Shown: piece after piece, positions 10,096 through 22,088 of the stretch | Layout: every line of letters begins with the position of its first letter | How positions within the stretch are numbered: the first letter of the stretch is position 1 | Source: Pirellulales bacterium | Lineage (GTDB): Bacteria; Planctomycetota; Planctomycetia; Pirellulales; JALHPA01 | Assembly: GCA_049840575.1 (NCBI GenBank) | Contig: JASGKV010000024.1 | Location: forward strand, 136,874-200,873 | DNA: 64,000 nt | Direction of reading: 5' to 3' | Made by a program: the position numbers and the translations under genes | Notes under the pieces: model-generated | Told to the model about the DNA's origin: nothing | Seen by the model: the letters and a program-made list of their open reading frames with translations, nothing else | The model's database searches: none

Positions 10096-10477
10096 TTAGG
10101 AATTCGCCGACTTTTCATCGAAACGTATCCGATTCCCGAATGGATCGGTCATCTCCATGCACCGCGAACCGTAGAACGTCGTTTCCACGCCGGGCCGCAT
10201 GTTGGGATAACCCTTAGCCGTGATCGTGCGGTGATAATCTTCGAGACCGCCGACTGCGCAGAAACACCGTCGAGCCGGGGCAACAGTCGCCGTGATGTCC
10301 GCTAAGATGCAGAACACAGCCGGCGAGCGAAATCTGCATATACAGCGGCGCACGCTCGTCGAAGCGATGCTCCCAATCGATGCTAAAGCCGAGAAACCCG
10401 AGATAAAACTCGCGTGCTTTCGCTTCGTCGAAGATGCGTAAGATCGGACACGTGACGAGAACTTGCAGAGACAACAC
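10096..10477 (-). CDS. VOC (glyoxalase/bleomycin-resistance) family protein; 1 apparent frameshift
   Basis: ...PILRIFDEAKAREFYLGFLGFSIDWEHRFDERAPLYMQISLAGCVLHLSGHHGDC... (ORF 10214..10837 tail) continues in ORF 10096..10353 as ...TITAKGYPNMRPGVETTFYGSRCMEMTDPFGNRIRFDEK. Putative GTG start ~10477. Confidence 0.55.
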
Positions 10478-10521
10478 GCACCTCGACGGGTTCGTTAACG
10501 TGTTCGAAACACGTCCGAATT

Positions 10522-11210
10522 CTACGTCGGATCGAGCGGCTTTTCCAAATCCAACACGACCAACATCGGCCAACCGATGTACTTTTCCGCTCGCGGATAC
10601 TTTGCGGCGAACGCGGCGTCCGGCGAGGCTTCGATCAGTTCGCGGAGGCGAAAGTCGGGCGCGCAACGCCCCCATCACAAAGGCCGAAACCGAATGCGGG
10701 ACGCTGCCGGGACTGACCAACTCGCCGGTCGACGCGTCCGTGAAGCGAGCTTGCGTCCCGCGGAGGAACATCGCCGGGTGCATGGTGGAAACGACCGCGC
10801 GGCCGTTGGGCCGCAAGACTGTGCGCGAACTCCGCAAAGAACGGGTCGACCGTCCGAATATGTTCCAGCACCAGGCCGCAAACGAGCAGGTCGAACTCGG
10901 CTCTGAAAGGGAACGGCTCGTGAAGATCGTGTTGCAGGAAGCGAATCCGCTCTGTGCCCGGCTTACGTCGGGCTTCGTCCAGCATTCCGGGCGAGAAATC
11001 GATCGCAGTCACATCCGCGCCGGCCGCGGCCAACGTCAGGGCATGCCGACCGGTGCCACAACCGACGTCCAGCACGCGTAGGCCGCGCACATCGCCGATA
11101 AGAGCCCCCACGAGCGGATCTTCGAGCGCTTGCAGAGGGTTGGCGTCGTGATCGTAGACGCCCGCCCAGCGATCGTATCCACCTCGCACATCGTTCAGCG
11201 CATTTTGCAT
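10522..11210 (-). CDS. class I SAM-dependent methyltransferase; apparent frameshifts near the 3' end
   Basis: ORF 10635..11210 has the VLDVGCGTGRHALTLAAAGADVTAIDFSPGML motif I and LLVCGLVLEHI. The C-terminal part is recoverable in two other frames and ends ...AAFAAKYPRAEKYIGWPMLVVLDLEKPLDPT* (stop 10522-10524). Confidence 0.65.
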
Positions 11211-11280
11211 CGGAGTCTCTGGAGGAATCGCGTTTCGCCCGATCGCAAGACTCGATTCGCCGCCGCAAGGTTCGCTGAGA

Positions 11281-11640
11281 TTACGCCTGAAAGATGTGCT
11301 CGCGCGGTAGTAGTTCTCCGCAATAGATACACTTTTTGTGCTTGGTGTTCACGGTGCGGCCGCATTGGCCGCACGTGGCGACGCGGCCGACCATCCGGCC
11401 GTCGGCCTTGCCGTCGCGCAGATCGACTTCGGCGATTTTGGCCAACAACTCGCCTTCTTCGAGTCCCAATTTTTCTTTCACCAACTCCCACAACGCTTGT
11501 GAGACCAGATTCGAACGCGCCAATGCGTCTTCCAAATCACGGACGCGATCTTTCGCCTGCTCGGCTTGCGTTTTCGCCGCGGCGGCCCGCTCTGCTGCGC
11601 CAACGTCGGCGTGCAGACCGTGATTAGATGAGTAAAACAT
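11281..11640 (-). CDS. hypothetical protein with C-terminal zinc-ribbon (CGQCG...CIYCG)
   Basis: ATG 11640 (MFYSSNHGLHADV...). Ala/Glu-rich helical middle. C-terminal CxxC-x13-CxxC. Confidence 0.45.
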   Translation of the reverse strand: MFYSSNHGLHADVGAAERAAAAKTQAEQAKDRVRDLEDALARSNLVSQALWELVKEKLGLEEGELLAKIAEVDLRDGKADGRMVGRVATCGQCGRTVNTKHKKCIYCGELLPREHIFQA

Positions 11641-11691
11641 CGGGTGAGAGTACTCGTTTTGCGGAAGTCGATCGTCTGGACCGAGACGCAA

Positions 11692-12311
11692 TCAATCCAA
11701 CAATTCCAACACATGCCAGCCTGTGTCGGATTTTCCGACTAAGATCCGGGTTTGTGTGGCCGCTCCGCCGTGAACGATCTCGCGACCGACGACCGCTTGG
11801 TTCGGATAGCGATCTTCGACCAGCGTAAAGCGACGAGCGGCCTGTGGCGGAAGCTGCGCCGGCCGCTTCGGTGACATGACGCAAACGATCGACGCGTAAA
11901 TTCTTGGCCGCAACTTCGATCTGTTGCGAAGTGACTTCGGCCAACGGGATCTTCAGCTTGTCGATCAACATCTCTTTGGCGGCCATCTCGAAGTCCATAG
12001 CGGCCGCGATCGCGTCGGAATCCTGCTTGGCGACGGCCGCTTCGAATATCAAGACCGCGCCTTGCGGCGTCGTGGCGTCGACCGCAATCGCTTGATCCGG
12101 CTGCGTCGGAAGTCCGCCGGCCGACTGATCGTTGGGGGTTCCGGCCGGGAGCCCGCCGACGGAGAGAGTGACGTTCGCTCCACCGGCCAGAGGTTCAGAA
12201 GCGGAACTGCGCCGTTTCCTGACAGCCGAGCGACGACGTCAGCAAAACGCACGCAACACCGATTAACATTCCGGCGCGGAGCTTCGCCACGGATTTCGTG
12301 ACCATCGCCAT
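11692..12311 (-). CDS. hypothetical lipoprotein (frameshifted)
   Basis: ATG 12311: MAMVTKSVAKLRAGMLIGVACVLLTSSLGC (lipobox). Continues across frames through ...IFEAAVAKQDSDAIAAAMDFEMAAKEMLIDKLKIPLAEVTSQQIEVAAKNL... to ...RILVGKSDTGWHVLELLD* (ORF 11692..11913). Confidence 0.4.
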
Positions 12312-12363
12312 CCCCCAAAAAAGAGATCCCAAACCTGCCCGACGGGGATATGCCAGCAATAAA

Positions 12364-13022
12364 CTAATCCTTCCAAGACAAGAAATCAACGAATACCGTA
12401 TCCAAAATCGGGGATTTCCCTGAGTCGCAATATAAAACCCCACTGTTGGACGGGAGTTACGGCCGATCGATTGTCCGTTGCAATGTCTCAGAAGCGCCAC
12501 GCGAAACGGCGCTGAAACCAACGGGTCAGCGGATACCCGAGTCGGGCCAAGACATGTCTCGGTCGCGAATGGGTAACGAATGTCGTAAACCACTGCTTCG
12601 TCGGGAGTTCGCTCGATCAGAAACCGCGCCTCGCCCTGCTCGGCGTGACCCTGCAAGGTGCCGTAAGAAAATCCGTAACGATCCGGCTCGTCGATGACCG
12701 CGACCACGCGGCAAGCGTTCGTCCACCAGAGCGGACCAACGTGCGCGGCGATGGCAACCAAGCGACCGACGGTCGGGGGGCCGTCCGGCGCGGTTGCGCC
12801 GACCCAACCTTGTTGATGCGACGTCCATCTGCGCAGCGCATCGCGCACATGCGCGAGGACGGGACTCGCCTGTGCCCAGCCGCCAGCGATAACGATCGAC
12901 GTTATATCCCGGCGGTGCGTCGCCGGACGTCATACCCGGCGTATTGTAGGAAAGCGGCGTTCGATCTTTTGCGCGAGGAACGCCGTCAATCGTTCATGCG
13001 TCGGATAGCGTAACGTGATCAT
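12364..13022 (-). CDS. DUF1990-family protein (frameshifted; 3' boundary approximate)
   Basis: ATG 13022 ([18 protein letters not shown]...). Fragments in ORFs 12526..12933 ([17 protein letters not shown]) and 12195..12848 ([69 protein letters not shown]). The family call is from memory of the DUF1990 N-terminal pattern. Confidence 0.4.
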
Positions 13023-13035
13023 GCGAATCGCCGAT

Positions 13036-13651
13036 TCAAGCGTTCTTCGTCGATTGCGCTGAACGCGATTTCCATTCGGCCAGCATGTTGCAAAACAGCG
13101 CACCTTGGCCGACGGCGTCGTCGAGCGCGACGTGCGTGTGCGGCAACGGATCGAACCAGCGACGCGGCATGTTGTCGCTTGGTCGAATCGCGATAATCGC
13201 GGCCCAGCATCGCCATCGCGAATGTTTTGATGTCGAGCGCGGAATGCGAAAAGGGAGACTCGCCGGCGAAACGAATCAGATACCAATGGACGAACAGAAA
13301 ATCGTACGCGACCGGATACGCCGTAAACACCGGTTTGCCCGGCAACGCCTTGAGCCAGGCGACATACTCCGGCATGACGACTGCCGGGTCGCGCGAATCG
13401 CGGCGACACGCGGCCCAGGCTTCCGGTTCGGTCGCCCACCAAGCCATGGTTTTCGGGTCTCCGGCGGCGCCGGGCAGCGTCGTAAGATTCGCCTCGAACG
13501 TGCCGAGCAGCGTTTTATCCGCCAAGTAGGCGGCCGAGGCGAAACTGAGCATCGAATGCGGCCCGGGAATCGGCCCGTCGGCTTCGATATTGGTGCTGAC
13601 GTAGATTTCTTGCGACATCGAGTCCTCGCGTTGCGTCATTGGGCCTCTCAA
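13036..13651 (-). CDS. DEDDh-type 3'-5' exonuclease domain protein; 1 apparent frameshift
   Basis: [28 protein letters not shown] (Exo I motif D-x-E). ...[22 protein letters not shown]... Own translation of the alternate frame near the 3' end gives ...[35 protein letters not shown] (Exo III H-x4-D). The start is 13651 (alternative start) or ATG 13617. Confidence 0.6.
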
Positions 13652-13657
13652 CCGAGA

Positions 13658-13953
13658 TTAGTCCTCATCGACGAGATCCTCGTCGTCGATCGCATGCGAA
13701 AGGTCGTGGTCGTAAAGCATGCGCCGCTCGGCGAAATCTTCCAGCGTGGGGAACAACTCGGTTTCCGGCCAGGGCGGCTCTTCCGTCGCTTGCGCCAAGT
13801 CAGGTGCACGACCGCAAAACGCGTGGTTCCGTCGAGCAATTCGAATAATACGTCGTCGCCGTCACCGCGAGCGACCAGGCGGACCGGAACGTCGTGTAAC
13901 GGATGACCGACGCCGACTTCGCGGCGCAGTTGCTCGACGAACGGCGCGGACAT
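13658..13953 (-). CDS. hypothetical small acidic protein (~98 aa); 1 apparent frameshift
   Basis: ORF 13648..13953 N-terminus MSAPFVEQLRREVGVGHPLHDVPVRLVARGDGDDVLFELLDGTTRFAVVHLTW. The natural-looking continuation in another frame is AQATEEPPWPETELFPTLEDFAERRMLYDHDLSHAIDDEDLVDED* (own translation). Confidence 0.4.
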
Positions 13954-14040
13954 CCGGCTCGAGTTTGTCGGTCGACCACCACGGGTCCAGCCATTCCATG
14001 AATCCGCTCGTGGGAAAGTTTCAGTGCAATCGATGTCCCA

Positions 14041-14280
14041 CTAAGAACGGGCGTAGGCTTCCATAAAATCATCCCTAGGAATTCCGGATTGCGTGCAAAT
14101 CGCTCGGAGAGTCGAGCTTTTCAGCACGGGATGATTCGGTATCGTGAGCGTCGTCTTCGAGCCGTCTTCATTTTGACGAAGTAAAGAAATGTGTTCTCGC
14201 TCGCGTATGACGGCGAAACCTAATCTGTCCAATGCACGTAAAACACGCGACTTTGGCGCATCGACCGGAAATTTCGGCAT
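14041..14280 (-). CDS. hicA: type II toxin-antitoxin system HicA-family toxin (YcfA-like mRNA interferase)
   Basis: 79 aa MPKFPVDAPKSRVLRALDRLGFAVIREREHISL...PNHPVLKSSTLRAICTQSGIPRDDF, the HicA_toxin pattern. Start ATG 14280..14278 overlaps the hicB stop (TAATG). Confidence 0.75.
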   Translation of the reverse strand: MPKFPVDAPKSRVLRALDRLGFAVIREREHISLLRQNEDGSKTTLTIPNHPVLKSSTLRAICTQSGIPRDDFMEAYARS

Positions 14281-14504
14281 TACGTCGTTCCGCTCAAATC
14301 GGCTACGTATGCGTCGATAACCGGAGATTCTTCTTCAAACACTTCCGATCCGAACGAATCGATATGAAAGCGAACCGCAGAACGGACATCTCGCAGTGCT
14401 TCGTCATAGGTATCGCCTTGCCCTATGACGATACCCTTTAGACCTAAAGGGTACGCAACATATCCATCTTCATGTTTTTCGATGATGATTTTTAGTGTCG
14501 GCAT
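14280..14504 (-). CDS. hicB: HicB-family antitoxin (UPF0150-like)
   Basis: ATG 14504: MPTLKIIIEKHEDGYVAYPLGLKGIVIGQGDTYDEALRDVRSAVRFHIDSFGSEVFEEE..., 74 aa, immediately upstream of hicA. Confidence 0.7.
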   Translation of the reverse strand: MPTLKIIIEKHEDGYVAYPLGLKGIVIGQGDTYDEALRDVRSAVRFHIDSFGSEVFEEESPVIDAYVADLSGTT

Positions 14505-14616
14505 TTTCCTAAGCCTCGCAATTCGACTTCTAAGTCCGACCACCGAACGTTCCATATTGTAATCTTGCCTCAAGATCGTTGCGGCACCAACCCTCAGGCG
14601 AGCCGAAATTTCCGTT

Positions 14617-15615
14617 TCAGCGATCCGAGGGAGTATTACTATCATCGTTACGCTGGCAAAGATCGCGCATCGCTTTGCCCAACGCATCGCCGACCAGAAA
14701 ATACGTCTCCGCATTGCCGAATTCGTGATGACCGTGGCTGGGATTCGGTGATTCGGCCGCAGGGCGGACGAAGTCCCGCGTTTCCACGAACGCGACGTTT
14801 CCCCGGAATTTTTGTCGTTTCGCGGCCGCGGCTTGGGCTTGGCGTAGGTCTTCCCAGGCTTTCGGCGCGTCTTTCCACGGGCCGGTCAATTCGCCGACGA
14901 CGATCGGCAACTTAGGTGATTGAAACTCGTCTCGCACGTCGTCGATTAGGTTGACCAAGTTTTGTTCGTATTCGGGAATCGCGTTCTTCGGATCGATGCC
15001 GTCGTTCCAGCCCTGATACCAGACGAAACCGGCCAGCTCGTACCCTTGTTTTTGAACATCGGGAAATTCTTTGTCGAGATTTTTCAGCGTCGAGCGTACG
15101 TCTGCGATCATTTTCGTGTAATACGGTCCGACTTCGCCACCGGAACGGGGTGGACGAAAGTCTCGGCACAAATTTTTCCCGCCCCAGGCCGTTTTGATCA
15201 GCAGGACCTGCTGATCGAAATGATCGCCCAAGACGTGGCCGATTTGCAATTCCGGACCGAAATGATGCGTTCCCCCATATACGGCGAACCCCACGCCGAG
15301 CGGGCCGGCCAAGAGCGGACCTTTTTCGCGTTGGTAGCGGACCCAAACGTCGTCGCGCGTCGGCCATTTGCCGTCGACCTGCCGGAGATGTTCGACCAGT
15401 TTGCGTTTTTCAGGATCCGCCAAGAGCGCCTTTAACGTTCCCTTCCCACCGTTGTAATTTTTCCCATCCAGATCGACGACCGCTTGGCCCTCCATATTGG
15501 ATTGCCCGGCGAGAATGAAGACCTTGATCGGGAGATTTTTCGCAGGCTGGTCGGCGGCGAAGCACGGATGTGCGATCGCGCAGACACAGATCATTAAGAT
15601 GAATCGCGATTTCAT
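14617..15615 (-). CDS. secreted carbohydrate esterase, sialate O-acetylesterase (SASA/DUF303, SGNH) family
   Basis: ATG 15615. Signal peptide MKSRFILMICVCAIAHPCFAA. Hallmark VFILAGQSNMEG near the N-terminus. ...FVWYQGWNDG... Confidence 0.7.
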   Translation of the reverse strand: MKSRFILMICVCAIAHPCFAADQPAKNLPIKVFILAGQSNMEGQAVVDLDGKNYNGGKGTLKALLADPEKRKLVEHLRQVDGKWPTRDDVWVRYQREKGPLLAGPLGVGFAVYGGTHHFGPELQIGHVLGDHFDQQVLLIKTAWGGKNLCRDFRPPRSGGEVGPYYTKMIADVRSTLKNLDKEFPDVQKQGYELAGFVWYQGWNDGIDPKNAIPEYEQNLVNLIDDVRDEFQSPKLPIVVGELTGPWKDAPKAWEDLRQAQAAAAKRQKFRGNVAFVETRDFVRPAAESPNPSHGHHEFGNAETYFLVGDALGKAMRDLCQRNDDSNTPSDR

Positions 15616-15782
15616 GGAGATCGCTCCCGGAAAAACTCGCTGATAAGTTTCAGAAGTGGGCGGTCGACAAGACATGTCGAAGCTAAACACTTGGTTTCAC
15701 AAGGAACCCCGACGAAGCGCAGAAAGTCGAGATGCAGTGCGATAACGCGAACCAGCGATTCGGAGAAGTTCGGCTCGGCGCA

Positions 15783-15818
15783 TAAAAAAACCCTCCCGGT
15801 CTGGCAACCGGGAGGGTT
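15783..15818 (-). terminator. Rho-independent terminator ~160 nt downstream of the 16S rRNA 3' end
   Basis: ccctcccgg-tctggcaa-ccgggaggg hairpin (15791-15817) followed on the minus strand by T7 (plus A-run 15784-15790). Confidence 0.5.
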
Positions 15819-15968
15819 ATCGAAAACAATTGGTCGTTGATTTATCATCTGCACGAGTCTTGCGACTCGTGCGGGTAGCTCTCTATGCCAAACAAAGACA
15901 GTCTCCACAATTTTGAACCGCACCCGAACAGAGGATCGTGAGATCATGATTGGAATGAACGGTAAAAA

Positions 15969-17492
<1,524 letters not shown>

Positions 17493-17650
17493 TTATGCTT
17501 CAACCAACCCTTGCGGGTCGGCTATGAACATGAATCATTGCCAGGTTCGAATCAATCTTTTTCGTCAAATGAAACAATCAAACCGCCGCACCGAATTAAC
17601 GATGCCCGACCTGAATCGCCTCACTCAACAGCACGATCTGTGCTTGGCTG

Positions 17651-17680
17651 AATAAAGAGATCAACGACCGAATTGTCAAA
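17651..17680 (-). promoter_or_regulatory. candidate sigma70-like promoter for the 16S rRNA transcript
   Basis: Minus-strand TTGACA (17680..17675) - N17/18 - TTTATT/CTTTAT (~17657..17651), about 160 nt upstream of the mature 16S 5' end. The -10 is weak. Confidence 0.2.
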
Positions 17681-18362
17681 GACCAAACTTAGAGTCACGG
17701 CAATCCGCAACTCGTACCCGGCATTGATGTTACCTCGTCACCGAGGCGTCATCCTTGCTAGGAGGTTCAGAGCTTATCGGGTGAGCGAGTCACCTTCAAG
17801 CCCCCCCTGAAAAATTCTTTTCGAATCGTTCAGGGGAATAAAAATCCCGGGGTGACTCGCACTCGTGTGAGTAACAGTCGTACCCGGGAGAGATGAATAT
17901 TACGGATCGGCACCCGAGTGTCAACGACCCCAGGAAACTTTTCCGTGAAATCCCGAAAACACTTCCCTCGCAACGCCATAACACAAACGAAATCAACGGC
18001 TTACGAAAGAGGACGTATTTTCGAAAAACTTACCCGCGAAGCCTTGGACGGCTGGTCGCCGCTCGGGGACCACCCGCTGAGCAGCGTTTTCACTCCCTTT
18101 GGCCACCGGAACTTGAACCATTCAACTTTTCTCGCGGTTTGCATGCGATTTCGAAGTGATTGAGCGTTGAATATTCGTCTTCGAGACGCATTCTCTTGGG
18201 CGAATTTCACATCATTGGGTTCCCTTCAAGAAGAGTCCCGCATTTGACACGTGGCAGAAAATCCCGGCAAAAGTCCGTGTCTTCGCCGGCCTTTCGGACT
18301 ACATTGAAAGTCTCGCCGGTCGGTTCCCACCTCACAGATCTCTCATTTGCTTGGTCCTTGCG

Positions 18363-21300
18363 ATGTCGTTGCGTTTTTTCAGTCTGCGTTGGGCGGCATG
18401 CTGCTGCCTGGTTTCATCCTCGCTCTTACTGCCGGCCGCCGAACCCGCCAAATCCGCGGGCGAACCTGTTCCGGGTTCGAAGAACGATTCACATCCCGCG
18501 CCCGCTGCACACCCCGCGCCGCAAGACGGCCCGCTCGGTCAATCGGGCTCTAAAATTGTCGATGGCGTGTATATGCCGCGAATCGTCGGCGCCAGCGGCG
18601 AAGGGAAAAACGCGATCGGCAACTTCAAGGTTCCGGCCGGCCTCAAGATCGATCTCTTCGCCGCCGAGCCGCAACTGGCCAATCCGGTGGCGTTCTGCTT
18701 CGACCACTTGGGCCGCGCATTCGTCTGTGAAACGTTTCGTCAAAAAAGCAATCAAGGCGTCGAGGACAATCGCGGACACAAGGAATGGCTGAATGATGAT
18801 CTGGCCAGCGACAGCATCGAGGATCGTCGCGCATATATCATCAAGCACCGCCCCGACCAAGGCAAAAGTTATACGCTGGAACACGATCGTATACGTTTGC
18901 TCGAAGATCGCGACGGCGACCATAAATCGATCACGATTCGGTCTACGCCGACGGCTTCAACGATCTGCTCGATGGGACCGGCGCCGGCGTACTGGCGCAC
19001 AAGAACGACGTCTATTACACGTGCATCCCCAGCGTCTACAAGCTGACCGATACGAAAAACAGGGGAAAAGCCGACAAACGCGAAGTCCTCAGCACAGGCT
19101 ACGGCGTGAAGTTCGCCTTTCGCGGACACGACATGCACGGGCTGGTCATCGGTCCCGACGGACGATTATATTTTTCGATCGGCGATCGCGGACTGAATGT
19201 CAAAACGCGCGAAGGTCGGCATTTATATAATCCCGACAGCGGCGCCGTATTGCGGTGCGAACTCGATAGATCGAATTTAGAGATCTTCTGTACCGGCGTG
19301 CGCAACCCACAAGAGTTGGCCTTCGACGACCTCGGCAACCTTTTCACCGTCGACAACAACAGCGACAGCGGCGACAAGGCGCGACTCTATCATCTTGTGC
19401 AAGGGGGCGATTACGGCTGGCGGATGTATTACCAATACCTGCCCGATCGCGGACCGTGGAATCGCGAGATGCTGTGGGGACTGCCCGACAAGAACCAGTC
19501 GTACTCGGTCATCCCGCCGATCGCGCACATCACCGACGGCCCCTCGGGCTTGGTCGCGTATCCCGGCACGGGACTGGGCGACGACTTCCAAGGCTCGTTC
19601 TTCGTCTGCGATTTCCGGGGCGGTCCGGCCAACGGCGCGGTGCGTCGCTTTACGATGGAACCGGACGGCGCGACGTTCAAGCTGGGTAAATACGAGCCGT
19701 TTTTCGAGCGGATTTTGGCCACCGATTGCGATTTCGGCCCCGACGGCGCGTTCTATGTCAGCGACTGGGTCGACGGTTGGGACGGCATCGGCAAGGGCCG
19801 CATCTACCGCGTCACCAACGACGCCACGACCGCCGACGCGCGTGTGAAAGAAGTCCAGACGTTGTTGAAGGACGGCTTCGATCAACGCCCCGTGGCAGAA
19901 CTCACCAAGCTGCTGGGTCATGCCGACCGACGCGTCCGCATGGGAGCGCAGTTCGCATTGGTGGAGAAGAAGGCGATCAAGCCCCTCGCCGGCGTTGCCG
20001 TCGCAGGCACGTCAACGATCCAGCGTTTCCACGCGGTGCAAGGACTTGGCATGATCGCGCGGCTGACGAACGCGGACCCGCAAAGCGAAGCCTTGAAAGT
20101 GTTGCTTCAAGTTTCCGGCACGGATGACCACGAAATCGCAGGACAAGCTCTGATCGCGCTGAGCCAGACAAACGCGGGAAGAGCTTTGATCGATCAAAAA
20201 CATCTCAAGCGACTTCTGTCGGGCGATGCGCACGGCGCGGTGCTGGCCGCATCGTGCGGCGTCGCGGTCTCCGACGCGACGTTCTACGACGAGTTGATCG
20301 CTAAGCACGAAACGTCGCCCATCCTTCGCACCTTGCTCGCAGCGAACCGGGCATCCGCCGTTAAGAGCGATGGTCGCCCGGCGGAATGGTCCGGCATGTC
20401 GCTTACGACGCGTCGCGCACGTTCGGCATTCGAACTCGCTCCCGTTGCACAAGCCTTGGCCGACGCGGATCCCGTCGTCGTGTTGAACGCCGCGATTCGC
20501 ATCTCGGATTACACCGACGAGCAACCGTTGCGTCACATCGCCGGCGGCTACGATGCAAGGAAAATCGATGTCGCGCCGTTGCTCAAACAACTCGCCGCGT
20601 TGATCTCCAAGCCATATCCCGGCAATAAAGAGCAATCCGACGCCCTCTTTCGTCGCATCTTGAATGCCAATTACCGCCTTGGCCAAGGCGAGAACGCCGC
20701 AGCTCTGGCTGTGTACGCGGGGCGCAGCGACGTGCCGGAAAAACTGCGTATCGAAGCACTCGACATGTTGCTGCATTGGGCCGAGCCGTCGTCGATCGAT
20801 CGCGTCACCGGGCAATGGCGACCGCTCGAAAGGCGATCCGCCGAACCGGCCAAGACGGCGTTATCCGCCCACATCGGGCCGATTTTCGCCGGGCCGGATA
20901 AGGTTCGCACCAAAGCGGCCAAGGCGGCCGGCAAGCTCGGCTTGAAGGATATTCAACCCTTGCTCTTGGGCATGCTGCGCAACGGCGCGAAGCCGGTCGA
21001 AGGCCGCGCGGCGGCGTTCTATGCGTTGGGTGAGGTGGCGCCGAAAAATCTGTCGATCCTGATCGACGAATTCAAGGGCGACAAAGCTCCCGAGCTGCGG
21101 ATCGCGGCGGCGACGTTGTTCGCGAAGATCAAACCGCAGGATGCGCCGAAGTATCTCGACGACGTGCTGAACGGCAGCAAGTCGCTGGGCGAGCGTCAAG
21201 CGGCGTTCAAGTTGCTCGAAGGGCTGAAATCGACCGACGCCGATCGCGTGCTGAACGTTTGGATGAGCAAACTCGCCGAGAAGACCGTGCCCGACGAGTT

Positions 21301-21868
21301 ACGGTTGGATCTGACGGCGGCTGTCAAAACGCGCACCACCGATAAGCAAAACAGCGACGCCCGACCGGACCTTATCAAGTCGTGGAAAACGTACTCGAAC
21401 GAGAAATTCGACGACGAAAAATTGAAGCCGTGGCGCGAATCCTTCGTCGGCGGCGACGCCGAGCGCGGCAAGACGATCTTCCACGAGAAGATCGCCGTCA
21501 GTTGCGTTCGTTGTCATAGAATCGGCGAGACCGGCGGCGAAGTCGGACCGAATCTCTCGCACATCGGCAAGGACAAGACGCGCCAATATCTGCTGGAAGC
21601 GATCGTCGATCCGAATCGCGCGGTCACCCAGGGCTTCGAGACCGTGGTCTTGGAACTGGAAAGCGGCCAAGTCGTGACCGGCATCATCAAAAAGGAAACA
21701 CCGGATGAAATCACACTGATCGACGCCAATGCCAAGACGTTAACGGTAAAAACGGCCGAAGTCGAAAGCCGCCAAAAGGGACTCAGCAGTATGCCGAGCG
21801 ACGTCTCGAAAGAACTGACGCCGTTCGAGGTACGCGATTTGGTGGAGTTCTTGCAGGGGCTCAAATAG
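18363..21868 (+). CDS. PVC-type (Pirellula/Verrucomicrobium) putative membrane-bound dehydrogenase domain / HEAT-repeat / heme-binding CxxCH protein; 1 apparent frameshift (~18925)
   Basis: ATG 18363 with signal peptide. N-terminal KVPAGLKIDLFAAEPQLANPVAFCFDHLGRAFVCETF (TIGR02604-like). Beta-propeller-like region (GPDGRLYFSIGDRG). HEAT-like region. C-terminal FHEKIAVSCVRCHRIGETGGEVGPNLSHIG...TPDEITLIDANAKTLTVKTAEVESRQ... (TIGR02603-like CxxCH heme domain). ORFs 18351..19046 and 19106..21868 join after a 1-nt frame change. Confidence 0.75.
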
Positions 21869-21943
21869 CGAGCGGAGCACGTCAGACCTCCGGTCCTCGC
21901 ACGACGCTGATACCTCAGATCGTTTCATTCAGCACAAGCAGAA

Positions 21944-21981
21944 GCCCCCTGGATCGCACTTGCGATCCAGGGGGCGTTTTT
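21944..21981. terminator. Rho-independent terminator between convergent dehydrogenase-domain gene and dnaA
   Basis: gccccctggatcgca-ct-tgcgatccagggggc followed by T5. Confidence 0.55.
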
Positions 21982-22088
21982 GTGCGTTGAATAAAATCGA
22001 CTCGTTTACCGAAGTGAACCTGTGTACTAGCGTCCGCCGCTCTCTAAGTAACCTTCCTGACTCCCGATTCCCAGCCCCTGTCTCCTTA

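Noticed and set aside
17536-17552. tRNA T-loop-like string ccaggttcgaatcaatc
   Set aside because: No acceptor/anticodon stem pairing could be built around it. It lies in the 16S leader on the opposite strand orientation from any plausible tRNA context.
20012-20815. 267-aa minus-strand ORF and other ORFs inside 19.1-21.9 kb
   Set aside because: Antisense or alternate frame within the 920-aa intact reading frame of the PVC-type dehydrogenase/heme-binding gene.
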